Source: Clostridiaceae bacterium
Lineage (GTDB): Bacteria > Bacillota > Clostridia > CAYPLH01 > DUMO01
Direction: 5' to 3'
NCBI GenBank assembly: GCA_012839865.1
Contig: DUMO01000041.1
Location: forward strand, 4,883-68,882
DNA length: 64,000 bases
Both the position numbers and the translations under genes were made by a program. Positions 10,430 to 20,097 of the stretch are shown here, piece after piece. The notes below the pieces were generated by a model. The model was not told where the DNA came from. It saw only the letters and a program-made list of their open reading frames with translations, and did no database searches. The first letter of the stretch is position 1. Every line of letters starts with the position of its first letter.

Positions 10430-11326
10430 TTAACAAATCAAATATTTTTTCGGCATTTTGCAAATATATGTTCTTGTAGGATTGACAAATTGAGTGCAAC
10501 GGGCTTCCATAACCTGACTCATTAATAAAAAAGCCTCTTCATAAGTGAATCCGTAGCTGTCCACCATCCAGCACAGAATTTCCCTTGCCGCATGATAAAA
10601 GGATTCCTCCACAGTACCCAAGCATGCAACCGCCATGATATAGTCATTGTCCTCGATCCTTACGCAGTTCATTCTTACCGGTTTATCAACGACATCAACC
10701 ACAAGTCTTATGGTAGCCCTGCATTCTATTCCACCCCCATTGCTTATCTCCCCGTCACCCTGTATTGCGTGAACATCTCCCACATGAAGGAGTGCTCCCG
10801 GAACTGACACGGGCAAATAGACTGTGCTGCCGGCAGCAACTTCGTTGGCGTCCATGTTTCCTCCATGGAATCCACCGCGTGAATTTGACAGCACTTCAGA
10901 TTCGGGCGCGGTTCCAATTGTTCCTATCATAGGTTTTACAGGCAGTTTTAATTTTTCACTCCAATGTATGTACCCATCCTTGATTTCAACAGTTTTGGTT
11001 GTAAGGCCCCATTGCCTGGGATAGATGTATGTCGCCAAAGGGTTGAAGCTGATATCAAATCCGGTGAATCCAATATTATTCACCTGAATGTCTAATATTT
11101 TGACAGCCAGAATACTTCCGGGGTTTGCCCCCTTGATTTCCACACATACACATGGATTGCATCCTCGAATTTTTGAAAGATCAAATCTGTCTTCATTTGA
11201 TTTTAACCAATCCCCTGAGCACAGTTCTGTTTCAATAATGAATTCTTCCTTTGGTTCAACAACCAATCCTGGTTTGTTAAACCTGCTGTGTTCATTGTAG
11301 ACAACATCCCTTCGGGCTATTTTCAT
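10430..11326 (-). CDS. Acetamidase/formamidase-family protein
   Basis: PMIGTIGTAP, HGGNMD, GALLHVGDVHAIQGDGEI. Confidence 0.92.
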   Translation of the reverse strand: MKIARRDVVYNEHSRFNKPGLVVEPKEEFIIETELCSGDWLKSNEDRFDLSKIRGCNPCVCVEIKGANPGSILAVKILDIQVNNIGFTGFDISFNPLATYIYPRQWGLTTKTVEIKDGYIHWSEKLKLPVKPMIGTIGTAPESEVLSNSRGGFHGGNMDANEVAAGSTVYLPVSVPGALLHVGDVHAIQGDGEISNGGGIECRATIRLVVDVVDKPVRMNCVRIEDNDYIMAVACLGTVEESFYHAAREILCWMVDSYGFTYEEAFLLMSQVMEARCTQFVNPTRTYICKMPKKYLIC

Positions 11327-11410
11327 ATTGCTTCAATCCTTTCCTGTTTTTTTGCAAATGTGTACTGTTGATTGAGACATGTGAAAAGCTTGTTCGATAT
11401 TCTGTACATA

Positions 11411-11476
11411 ATTTTACATTATTATCAGGATTAATTCTTTGCGGATTTTTTATTAATATTGATTGATATTACATTT
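11411..11476 (-). promoter_or_regulatory. Putative AraC-activated promoter/operator, copy 2 (acetamidase operon)
   Basis: Same 18-bp box, GCAAAG and TAAAAT at the same spacings as 7373-7438. Confidence 0.65.
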
Positions 11477-11478
11477 AA

Positions 11479-11519
11479 AAGAACTCCTTTCCGGAATATA
11501 TTCCGAAAAGGAGTTCTTC
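11479..11519 (-). terminator. Intrinsic terminator after deoB
   Basis: gaactcctttccggaata/tattccgaaaaggagttc hairpin, with a T-run on the minus strand. Confidence 0.7.
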
Positions 11520-11576
11520 TCTGTTTCTTTGTAATTTTATAGAGCCGAATATTTTCGCCATGCGGACATGGCCGGT

Positions 11577-12746
11577 TTATTTTTTCACCTCATATAAAAA
11601 GCTTGTCCCATTAATATCATTCTTAATTCCAAAATAATCCAAAACCGTAGCGGCAATATCTGCGAAGGTTTCCCGTACACCAAGATTCACCCCGGCCTTG
11701 AGGGATAATCCTGCAACCAGAAGCGGAACATATTCCCGGGAATGGTCTGTACTTTCTGTTGTCGGGTCGCAACCGTGGTCTGCAGTTATAATGAGGATAT
11801 CATCCTTTTGCAAGCTTTCCATTATGTCAGGTATTCTTGAATCAAAATTCATGAGGGCTTCTGCATAACCTTCCACATTGTTTCTGTGCCCGTATACCAT
11901 GTCAAAGTCCACACAGTTTGTAAAAATCAGCCCTTCGGCTTTATTTTTCATGTATTCAATGGTTTTATCCATACTATCGTCGTTATTTATCGTGTGCACC
12001 GCATCAGTAATACCTCTTCCGTTGAAAATATCCTCAATTTTTCCAACACCCATAACTCTGTACCCATTGGATTTAAGCACATCAAGCATGGTGACGCCAA
12101 GTGGATCAAGAGAAAAATCCCTTCTCCTGCTTGTTCTTACAAAAGAACCGGGCTCTCCTGTGAAGGGCCTTGCAATGACTCTCCCTACTGCGTGTTCACC
12201 TTTCAGTATTTCCCGGGCAATACTGCATATTCTGTATAGTTCTTCAACCGGTATTACATCTTCATGGGCAGCAATTTGAAAAACACTGTCTGCTGAAGTA
12301 TATACAATAGGCCTTTTTGTCTTTATATGCATTTCACCTAAATCTTCTATTATTTTGGTACCTGAAGCGGCATAGTTTCCAAGCACTTTTCTGCCTGTTC
12401 TTATTTCAAATTCATCAATTATCTCCGCAGGAAACCCGTGGGGATACACCGGAAAAGGTTCTTCTTTTATAATGCCTGAAATTTCCCAATGCCCTGAAGT
12501 TGTGTCTTTGCCGGCTGACTTTTCCGCCATCTTTCCAAAACAGCCGGAAGGGTTGTCCAATGCTTCCACGCCTTTAATCTCGCCTATGTTTCCAAGCCCC
12601 AGTTTTTGAAGGTTCGGGAGCCTGAATCCGCTAACCCGGGCAGCAATATTTCCAAGGGTATTGCTGCCCTCGTCTCCATATTTATATGCATCAGGCAGTT
12701 CACCAATCCCTACACTGTCCATTACTATAACTATAGCTCTTTTCAT
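11577..12746 (-). CDS. deoB: Phosphopentomutase
   Basis: [41 protein letters not shown]. Confidence 0.97.
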   Translation of the reverse strand: MKRAIVIVMDSVGIGELPDAYKYGDEGSNTLGNIAARVSGFRLPNLQKLGLGNIGEIKGVEALDNPSGCFGKMAEKSAGKDTTSGHWEISGIIKEEPFPVYPHGFPAEIIDEFEIRTGRKVLGNYAASGTKIIEDLGEMHIKTKRPIVYTSADSVFQIAAHEDVIPVEELYRICSIAREILKGEHAVGRVIARPFTGEPGSFVRTSRRRDFSLDPLGVTMLDVLKSNGYRVMGVGKIEDIFNGRGITDAVHTINNDDSMDKTIEYMKNKAEGLIFTNCVDFDMVYGHRNNVEGYAEALMNFDSRIPDIMESLQKDDILIITADHGCDPTTESTDHSREYVPLLVAGLSLKAGVNLGVRETFADIAATVLDYFGIKNDINGTSFLYEVKK

Positions 12747-12930
12747 TGTATGTATGTCTCCTTTTCATCAGTATTTTTTCAAAAGCATCTTAAGTCAAAG
12801 CTTTGGGCAAACACAGGTGTAAACGATGTTTATACATCTTGTGGCGGTTTGCAGAAGCTTGTAATGTACAAAGCAGTGCACTCAATAATATTAATACCCA
12901 AAATTACAGCATAAACTCAATAAAATTGGC

Positions 12931-13815
12931 TTAAGCCCTCGGATGTGTTTTCTTGTAAACTTCCCTTATCTTGTTCTTGGCTATCTGTGCATAAATCTGT
13001 GTTGATGATATGTCGGAATGTCCGAGCATTTCCTGAATGGACCTTAAGTCCGCCCCATTTTCCAGTAAATGGGCGGCAAAGGAATGCCTTAAGGTATGAG
13101 GTGTAATGTCCTTATTGATCTTGGCCTGATTTTTGTATTGTTTGATTATTTTCCAAAATCCCTGTCTGGTGAGTCTCTTGCCATTTACATTAACGAAAAG
13201 GGCTTCTTCTTTGTTATCCTGAACCATCAATCCCCTTGCTTTCCCAAGATAGCTTTTCAACGCATTTATAGCCATTGAACCAATAGGAATCATTCTTTCT
13301 CTGGTTCCCTTGTTGCATAGAATAAAGCCCATATCAAGATTCAGGTCCGATACATTTAATGAAATCAGCTCGGAAACCCGGATTCCTGTAGCATATAGCA
13401 GCTCAAGCATGGCTTTGTCACGATAACCTTTCAGATCTACACATTTTGGCTGCTCCAGCAAAAGCTCCACTTCCTGGGTCGATAAAATTTGGGGAAGCTT
13501 TTTTTCAACTTTTGGCGACTCCAGGTCAATAGTCGGATCATTATCAATAATATCACTTTTCGTAATATACTGATAAAAAGACCTTATGGATGCCAGATTT
13601 CTGGAGATTGTGGATGTCGCCCTGCCCTTTTTCTGAAGATGCAATAAATAAGCTATAATAGTTGTTTTTGTAGTTTTGGTTATGGTATGTATATTGATAT
13701 CCTTTAAATATGCAATATATTGCTCAATATCTCTTTTATATGATTGAAGTGTATTATTTGATAACCTTTTATCCCTCTCTAAAAAGCTGATAAATTCTTC
13801 AACTAATGATTCCAT
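12931..13815 (-). CDS. xerD: Site-specific tyrosine recombinase XerD (RipX)
   Basis: LYATGIRVSE, TPHTLRHSFAAHLLENGADLR, LGH, TQIY, HPRA; spoIIM-xerD-deoB synteny. Confidence 0.95.
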   Translation of the reverse strand: MESLVEEFISFLERDKRLSNNTLQSYKRDIEQYIAYLKDINIHTITKTTKTTIIAYLLHLQKKGRATSTISRNLASIRSFYQYITKSDIIDNDPTIDLESPKVEKKLPQILSTQEVELLLEQPKCVDLKGYRDKAMLELLYATGIRVSELISLNVSDLNLDMGFILCNKGTRERMIPIGSMAINALKSYLGKARGLMVQDNKEEALFVNVNGKRLTRQGFWKIIKQYKNQAKINKDITPHTLRHSFAAHLLENGADLRSIQEMLGHSDISSTQIYAQIAKNKIREVYKKTHPRA

Positions 13816-14161
13816 AAACCAAATACTCCTTTAACTTGATTTAGATTACTCAATGGCTTTTCACCTTTATATTAAATGCACGAACATCCAGCAAACACGG
13901 TTTAAAATTAACTTAGCTTTACATTAATATTTTTCCTTTTTTTATCAGATTCTATACAGATAAATCTGATAATACGCTTAAAACTTGAATGCTAATAGTA
14001 ATTTTAATATAACTTGGTAAAAAATTAAAGAAATTTTTCCATTTTAGTTAATAAAATTTTAAATTTTTAAATTCTATTTTGTATACCTGCATTGTATCCC
14101 CTTGTAAATGGGATTTGCCTTAAAAGTTCTGCTTGCTTGGTTCCTTTTTTCCCTCGTGCAT

Positions 14162-14809
14162 TTATTTGAAATTTTCAAAAAGAGGCGCCAGCATTTTTAC
14201 AAGCATAGGGCTCACATAGGCTTCCAATAATGCACCTGCAGTTATAAGACAGAAAAATAGTGCTGTTATAAGACAATATGTAAAAAATTCGGATTTCAGG
14301 CTCGATTTAAAAGGCAGTTTGTGACTCCTGCTCCTTAAAATATTCAGCGAAAAGTTTATACCGCTGACACCCAAGGCTACCAAACATGGAACCTGAATCA
14401 ACTCTTTCGGCAGCATGGCTGCAATTACGAATAAAATTCCCCTCAATCCCGCAGCTTCAATAATGAATCCCGAGCTGAACCCGGATATAAACCCTTTAAT
14501 ACCAATAACAATATAAATAAAAGGTATGCCTATTATGGTAACACCCAGTCCCCACAAAACGGCAATTAATTTTAAATTCTCCAGCATGGTGATTTTAAAA
14601 AGTTCGACACTGTCAATATTTTGATAATTTATAAGATGCAGGAATCCAAAAAAGTAGTTTTCAAGTTCGGTACTCTGGCCCGGATTGAGTCCGTTGACAG
14701 TAAAAGCACCTGCTATTATTCCTGCCACAAAAGACAGGAACAATAAAACATATTTGTTTGAGTTGGTTTTTAAATTCCTTGCAAGTATACCCCTGGCACG
14801 AAACAACAT
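14162..14809 (-). CDS. spoIIM: Stage II sporulation protein M
   Basis: Multi-TM protein with GIPFI..IKGFISGFS and LLEAYVSP; sits between nudF and xerD. Confidence 0.9.
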   Translation of the reverse strand: MLFRARGILARNLKTNSNKYVLLFLSFVAGIIAGAFTVNGLNPGQSTELENYFFGFLHLINYQNIDSVELFKITMLENLKLIAVLWGLGVTIIGIPFIYIVIGIKGFISGFSSGFIIEAAGLRGILFVIAAMLPKELIQVPCLVALGVSGINFSLNILRSRSHKLPFKSSLKSEFFTYCLITALFFCLITAGALLEAYVSPMLVKMLAPLFENFK

Positions 14810-14881
14810 ATCCTGCCCTCAAAACTTTAAATTAGGCACGCACCACTGTTTTATAGCTTTTTAGTGATACTACCTATTTGA

Positions 14882-14911
14882 ATTCTATGCCGGGTATTAT
14901 TAAAAAATTAC
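14882..14911 (-). promoter_or_regulatory. Sigma-E-type promoter of spoIIM
   Basis: Minus strand GTAATT-N16-CATAGAAT; spoIIM is sigma-E controlled in Bacillus. Confidence 0.55.
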
Positions 14912-14947
14912 AAGAATATTAAATTTCGTAAACCCTTGAAGCCTCAA

Positions 14948-15496
14948 TCAATATATTTCATGGTTCCTGTACATTCTGTCGGCAAGCAGTATGCCGATGA
15001 TTGTTTTTGCATCGGTAATTTCGTGGTTCAGTATCTTCTCAACAAGCTCATCCAATGTATATTTCTCACAATTGAGAAATTCGTCCTCGTCCGCACAGGT
15101 GTCACCTTCAACAAGGTCTGTAGCCAAAAACATGTGCAAGACCTCGTTGCAAAAGCCGGGAGTGCTGTGAACACTTATCAGGTGAGTAATTCTCCCTGCT
15201 TCAAGTCCTGTCTCCTCCTTAAGTTCTCTTCTGGCACAAACCTCGGGCGCTTCGCCAGGATCAAGCTTTCCGGCAGGTATTTCCAGTGATATTTTCTCAA
15301 TTGGTTTCCTATACTGGCTGACCATGTAAACTTCTCCTGCTTCAGTGACAGGTATTATGACTGATGCTCCGGGATGGAGCACCAAATCCCGTTTTGCCTC
15401 TTTGCCGTTCGGCAGTAATACTTTAAGAGCATCAACTGTAATTACGCTTCCATTGTAAATTCTCGTACTTGAAATTGTCTTTTCTTCGTAATTCAT
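14948..15496 (-). CDS. nudF: ADP-ribose pyrophosphatase (Nudix hydrolase)
   Basis: Nudix box GKLDPGEAPEVCARRELKEETG; QYRKP; STPGF. Confidence 0.9.
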   Translation of the reverse strand: MNYEEKTISSTRIYNGSVITVDALKVLLPNGKEAKRDLVLHPGASVIIPVTEAGEVYMVSQYRKPIEKISLEIPAGKLDPGEAPEVCARRELKEETGLEAGRITHLISVHSTPGFCNEVLHMFLATDLVEGDTCADEDEFLNCEKYTLDELVEKILNHEITDAKTIIGILLADRMYRNHEIY

Positions 15497-15684
15497 ACTG
15501 TCCTCCTGGTTTTAATTAAGATTTTGCAATCCATACCGCTGATATTGGAATTGGATTGTGATATAAAAGCACATTTTTATACTTGCAGGAATAATTATCC
15601 GCCTTGTCACAACCAACGGATATAATTATAGCTCTTAATAAATAACCAATAATTGTACTTATCTTAAACTTCCAAATGAATACT

Positions 15685-15714
15685 GTAATTATACCTTGTC
15701 CTTTTGCATACACT
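15685..15714 (+). promoter_or_regulatory. Sigma-E-type promoter of the mciZ-like gene
   Basis: GTAATT-N16-CATACACT, the same layout as the spoIIM promoter. Confidence 0.55.
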
Positions 15715-15746
15715 AACATGTAATCATAAAAAAAGGAAGGTACAGC

Positions 15747-15887
15747 ATGACCCAGTTTGTATTCAAACAATCCGTAATAATATGCGGTAAATCCTCTGAA
15801 ATAGTTAAATACATCAAAAATCTTGCAACACAGTTTGCCACTGTAAAAGAGCTTATTGACAGCAAAATGAAAATATTAAAACAATAG
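15747..15887 (+). CDS. mciZ: MciZ-like Z-ring formation inhibitor peptide (46 aa)
   Basis: Not in the ORF track. RBS AAGGAAGG; MTQFVFKQSVIICGKSSEIVKYIKNLATQFATVKELIDSKMKILKQ resembles the MciZ core (VLVGKAWEIRAKLKEY..TFQYVKDWI, from memory). Next to nudF, with a sigma-E-like promoter. Confidence 0.7.
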   Translation: MTQFVFKQSVIICGKSSEIVKYIKNLATQFATVKELIDSKMKILKQ

Positions 15888-15992
15888 TTTTGCAGTATTC
15901 AGATATCTGGTTCTTTATTGCTGTTCTTTTTTGTTGTTGCTCTTTTTTATCCTGGCTCTGATTCATTGCTGTGATTGTCTGTTGCTGTGTTT

Positions 15993-16508
15993 TTATTGCG
16001 GTTCTTCTCTGTGCTGTTCTTCGCTATTGCTCTCTTTAACATTCTCTTTACTGCTTACTTTACCACCGTGCTTTTTTATTTCGCCTGTTGCAAGCTTATC
16101 GCAGCGGCTGTTGTATTCATCATCACTATGCCCTTTTACTTTTATCCATGTGATATTATGAATATTGCTGAGCTTGTCAAGCTCCATCCACAAGTCTGCA
16201 TTTTTCACAGGGTCCTTTGACTTGTTCTTCCAGCCGTTCTTTTTCCAATTCAGAAGCCAAAATTTTTCAAAGGCATCTATCAAATACGAACTGTCGCTGT
16301 GCAGCATGACATCGCATGGTTCCTTAAGCCTCTTCAAAGCCTCAATAGCAGCCTTAAGCTCCATCCTGTTGTTTGTGGTGTTTTCCTCATAGCCCGAAAT
16401 TTCAAGCTCATGCCCACCATACATCAAAATAGCGCCCCAGCCCCCATTACCTGGATTTCCCGAGCAGGCACCGTCAGTATAGATAACAACCGTTTTTCTT
16501 TTACGCAT
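15993..16508 (-). CDS. rnhA: Ribonuclease HI
   Basis: IYTDGACSGNPG, TTNNRMEL, HSDSSY, WIKVKGH. Confidence 0.97.
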   Translation of the reverse strand: MRKRKTVVIYTDGACSGNPGNGGWGAILMYGGHELEISGYEENTTNNRMELKAAIEALKRLKEPCDVMLHSDSSYLIDAFEKFWLLNWKKNGWKNKSKDPVKNADLWMELDKLSNIHNITWIKVKGHSDDEYNSRCDKLATGEIKKHGGKVSSKENVKESNSEEQHREEPQ

Positions 16509-17316
16509 ACCTTTTACTCATTTCCATGGCTTTTTTTGTGCATGCCTGCATCGCTTCCATTACAGAACTCCTAAAATGATTTTTTTCCAATGCAGCTACA
16601 GCTTCAATGGTTGTTCCGGCAGGAGTGCATACCTGGTCTTTCAGCTCTCCCGGGTGTTTTCCGGTTTCAAGGACCATTTTTGCCGAGCCAAGCACCGCCT
16701 GGGCAGCAAGCCTGTATGACAAATCCCTCGGTATTCCGGATTGCACAGCGGCATCGGACATGGCTTCAATAAACATGAACACATAGGCGGGACTACTGCT
16801 TGTCAGGGCAATTACCTCGTTCATAAGGCTCTCTTCCAGCTCTTCAGCCTTTCCTGCACATTCAAATATTGCCTTGATCTCTGTTTTTTCAGCCGATCCC
16901 ACGTTTTTATTAAAGGATAGCAATGTCATTCCTTCTCCCACCTGAAGCGGGGTATTGGGCATTGCACGCACAACTTTTTTGTCTCCTCCGATGATATCTT
17001 CACATTGTTTCAATGAAACTCCGGCTGCAATTGAAACAATGGTCTTATTTCCGGTAATCCTGCTTTTGATTGATTCAAGAACATTATTTATTTGATAAGG
17101 CTTGACTGCAAGGATGATTATATCGCTTTTTTCAGCCAGCTCACTGCTGGATGCAGTTTTTACCGCACCATATTTTCGAGCTGCATCTTCAAACCTTTGC
17201 AGATTCGCATCGAAGCAGAAAACTCTTGAGGCAGGTATCAGGCCACTTTGAATAATTCCCTTCATTAGAGCCGAGCCCATAACTCCGGTGCCTATAACGC
17301 CAATATTTCTGTCCAT
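16501..17316 (-). CDS. proC: Pyrroline-5-carboxylate reductase
   Basis: IGTGVMG, AVKP, RAMPNTP, VCTPAGTTI. Confidence 0.96.
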   Translation of the reverse strand: MDRNIGVIGTGVMGSALMKGIIQSGLIPASRVFCFDANLQRFEDAARKYGAVKTASSSELAEKSDIIILAVKPYQINNVLESIKSRITGNKTIVSIAAGVSLKQCEDIIGGDKKVVRAMPNTPLQVGEGMTLLSFNKNVGSAEKTEIKAIFECAGKAEELEESLMNEVIALTSSSPAYVFMFIEAMSDAAVQSGIPRDLSYRLAAQAVLGSAKMVLETGKHPGELKDQVCTPAGTTIEAVAALEKNHFRSSVMEAMQACTKKAMEMSKRYA

Positions 17317-17700
17317 AAAAAATTCCTCCTTGACTTTCTTCTGAATATAATACCATTTTATTTATTCTCTGCCAATGCAGCATTTAATAATTGCCTGTTG
17401 AAATTGTGATTAAGATATTATCTCTGAATTTTCAGACCGAAACCCATATAATTTGTCTTTCACAAATTGCCGGTTGAGTTTGAAATATTATTTGTTTTAT
17501 AATAATTATATCTTCCCTATCCCGCTGTAAATAACACGTTATAACCATATGTTTAAAAAATGCCGGTCTCATATACTCAATGGCTGCAGTTAGGCTAAAA
17601 AACCGCTCTAAACAGCCACAGTAAAGAAACGGTGTTGTAAAAATTAATTTATTGCCATTGACAAAATCCATAAACCTGTTGTATACTAAATTAGTCTCAT

Positions 17701-17776
17701 AGGGGAGTAGCGCAATCGGTAGAGTAGCGGTCTCCAAAACCGTCGGCTGCAGGTTCGAGTCCTGTCTCCCCTGCCA
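17701..17776 (+). tRNA. tRNA-Trp (CCA)
   Basis: Cloverleaf AGGGGAG/CTCCCCT, anticodon loop CT-CCA-AA, TTCGA, encoded CCA. TTGACA-N18-TATACT upstream (17658-17687). Confidence 0.97.
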
Positions 17777-17780
17777 AGGT

Positions 17781-17814
17781 AAAAGCCCTGAACTTATAAA
17801 GGTTCAGGGCTTTT
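17781..17814 (+). terminator. Intrinsic terminator after tRNA-Trp
   Basis: aaaagccctgaac / gttcagggctttt. Confidence 0.8.
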
Positions 17815-18072
17815 GCTTTATTCATTACACTTTATAAAACAAAATATATTCAATCTATCTTTGTACTATGATATAATTGTACCGGTATGTAAGGAGACGG
17901 TATTTTTGGATGATGGAACCTTGGAATTGACAGAAAAGGTTTATAGCAAACTGACCGGTTTCAGAAATGAATGGCTGTACTTATGATTGATTGCATAAAA
18001 GATATGTGAATGTTGGTTAACTTAATTCTTTATAAAATTACAAAATAATTATTCCAGAAAGAGGTTATAAAA

Positions 18073-19722
18073 ATGCAAAACCTTGCTGATAAAATTTTCT
18101 TTAACGGTAAAATACATTCAATGGACTCCGGAAAAAATGTCTGCCAGGCCATGGCTATTGCTGATGGAAGAATTTTGGACATTGGTTCCAATGAGGAAAT
18201 CTTAAAGCTGAAACATGAAGGTACCTTTTTGTACGACCTTGAAGGAAAAACAGTCATTCCGGGGCTTATAGACACTCACACCCATATATTCCGCGTCTCT
18301 GTCAGTGAGCTGTTTAATGAAGTATTCATGCCCTCCTCGGTCCAGGAGTTGCTGGACTATATTAAGGAAAGGGTAAAAACCATGAAACCAGGCCAATGGC
18401 TGTATTTCAGGAATATTTATCCTACCAGGCTCAAGGAGTACAGATACCCAACTTTGCAAGAACTTGACGAAGCTGCGCCAAACAATCCTGTTTATGCAGA
18501 CGGTGCATATGCCGGCCAGGCAAACAGTTATGCATTGCGTTTGCTGGGGATTGATGAAAACACCCCAAACCCGCCTGTCGGAAGGTTCATTAGGGACAGG
18601 GAAACAGGAAAACTTACAGGCGGGCTGTTCCTTTGCAGCCATATGGTTCAAAAATTAGTCGGATCAAATGAATTCACCGTTGACGACTACAAAAAGGGAA
18701 TCCAAAACATCCAGATGCATTACAACAAATTCGGCATTACATCGGTTATTGACGGAATGACAGATGAAACGCACATAAAAGCATTTAATGAACTTCATAA
18801 TGAAGGTAACCTTACTGTAAGAATTGTCATGACTTGTCTTGCCACATCAATGGAAGCCGGAAAAGAAAAGCTAAAGAGGTTGAAATCTGCAATTAATACT
18901 CCCCCGGAATTTGGAAAACTTGCTTTTTATAAGATAATGATTGACGGCGGTATTCTTACCGGGACAGCTTATATGCGCAGGCCCTACAATGATAAAATAG
19001 GAGTTTTCGGAATAGATATTGATGATTTTAAGGGACTTTTGCAAAGGAATCCCGAAGAAATAGTTGATTACATTGATACTGCCTACAACAGCGGCCTTCA
19101 AATGACGGCCCACTGTATCGGTAGTGGGGCTATTGATGTCTTTCTCGATGCTTACGAGTCATACAACAGGAAAAACAGTATTCATGACAGAAGGTTCTCA
19201 ATATTGCACTGTGACTTTACCGATGAAAAAACTCTGGAAAGAATCAGGAATCTTAATCTTTTTGTTCTGTTCCAGCCTGCCTGGCATTACTGTGATGCAG
19301 ATGTATTGTCAAAAGTCATTGATAAGGATGCATTGGATTCATTTCAGCCATACAGATTGTATAACGAAATGAAAATTAATGCGGCTGCCGGCAGCGACCA
19401 TATGATTAAGTATGATTCACTGAAGTCGCAAAATCCATATAATCCCTTCCATGCACTCTACAACATGGTAACAAGAAAAACCCGTCATGGTATAACTGTA
19501 GGAGAAGAACATAAGGTTTCCCGGGTTGAAGCTCTTGATTTTTACACTGGCAAAGCTTCCGCCGCTTCCTTCGACGAATACCTCAAAGGCACCCTTGAGG
19601 TTGGAAAAGTTGCTGATTTTGCCGTGCTGTCGGATGATTATTTCAATTGTAATGAAGAAAAAATAAAGGATATTGAGGCTGTGCTTACTGTTGTTGACGG
19701 TAAAATAGTATATGAAAAATAA
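18073..19722 (+). CDS. Amidohydrolase 3 family (YtcJ-like) metal-dependent hydrolase
   Basis: PGLIDTHTH, KIMIDG, TAHCIG, SILHC, AGSDH, GTLEVGKVADFAVL. Confidence 0.92.
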   Translation: MQNLADKIFFNGKIHSMDSGKNVCQAMAIADGRILDIGSNEEILKLKHEGTFLYDLEGKTVIPGLIDTHTHIFRVSVSELFNEVFMPSSVQELLDYIKERVKTMKPGQWLYFRNIYPTRLKEYRYPTLQELDEAAPNNPVYADGAYAGQANSYALRLLGIDENTPNPPVGRFIRDRETGKLTGGLFLCSHMVQKLVGSNEFTVDDYKKGIQNIQMHYNKFGITSVIDGMTDETHIKAFNELHNEGNLTVRIVMTCLATSMEAGKEKLKRLKSAINTPPEFGKLAFYKIMIDGGILTGTAYMRRPYNDKIGVFGIDIDDFKGLLQRNPEEIVDYIDTAYNSGLQMTAHCIGSGAIDVFLDAYESYNRKNSIHDRRFSILHCDFTDEKTLERIRNLNLFVLFQPAWHYCDADVLSKVIDKDALDSFQPYRLYNEMKINAAAGSDHMIKYDSLKSQNPYNPFHALYNMVTRKTRHGITVGEEHKVSRVEALDFYTGKASAASFDEYLKGTLEVGKVADFAVLSDDYFNCNEEKIKDIEAVLTVVDGKIVYEK

Positions 19723-19818
19723 AGGACTTCTGCATTTTGGAGTAGGCGAAAAGTGTAATCCAGGCAGAAATAATAAACAGGTTGAAGTGATAACCAATAA
19801 AAAAGGCCTATTATGGGC

Positions 19819-19848
19819 AAAGACCCCTGTTGAATGACAGGGGTCTTT
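19819..19848. terminator. Bidirectional terminator-like hairpin
   Basis: aagacccctgt-tgaatg-acaggggtctt between convergent genes. Confidence 0.7.
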
Positions 19849-20097
19849 ATATTAAAGGGCTCATTACAACAGGATGTAATTACATCATATAGACTTGTAG
19901 CTATATTAAGTTGTCATCAAAAGATCGAATGCAAGTTGTTGATTCAGAATCTCGAACTCCCGCTGTAATTGAGCCCTGTATTAATATTATTTTTTTAATT
20001 TTGATTTTCATGCCCGTTAATATTTTCATATTGCGATGTAATCAGGCAGTTTTGCAGATCATGAGACAACACGATTCATGATTACACATTTCATAAA

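Noticed and set aside
12931-13815. Tyrosine recombinase as a possible island integrase
   Set aside because: Sequence and spoIIM-xerD-deoB synteny identify housekeeping XerD.
15516-15770. 84-aa minus-strand ORF
   Set aside because: Overlaps the promoter and start of the better-supported mciZ-like gene; no recognisable features.
15910-16035. Repetitive ttgctg-rich stretch at the rnhA 3' end
   Set aside because: Low-complexity sequence with no regular period; not a CRISPR or tandem array.
17432-17737. 101-aa ORF
   Set aside because: Antisense to tRNA-Trp and its promoter.
18074-18083. 10-nt match to the putative omega-RNA guide
   Set aside because: Covers only guide positions 6-15, not the seed start; expected by chance.
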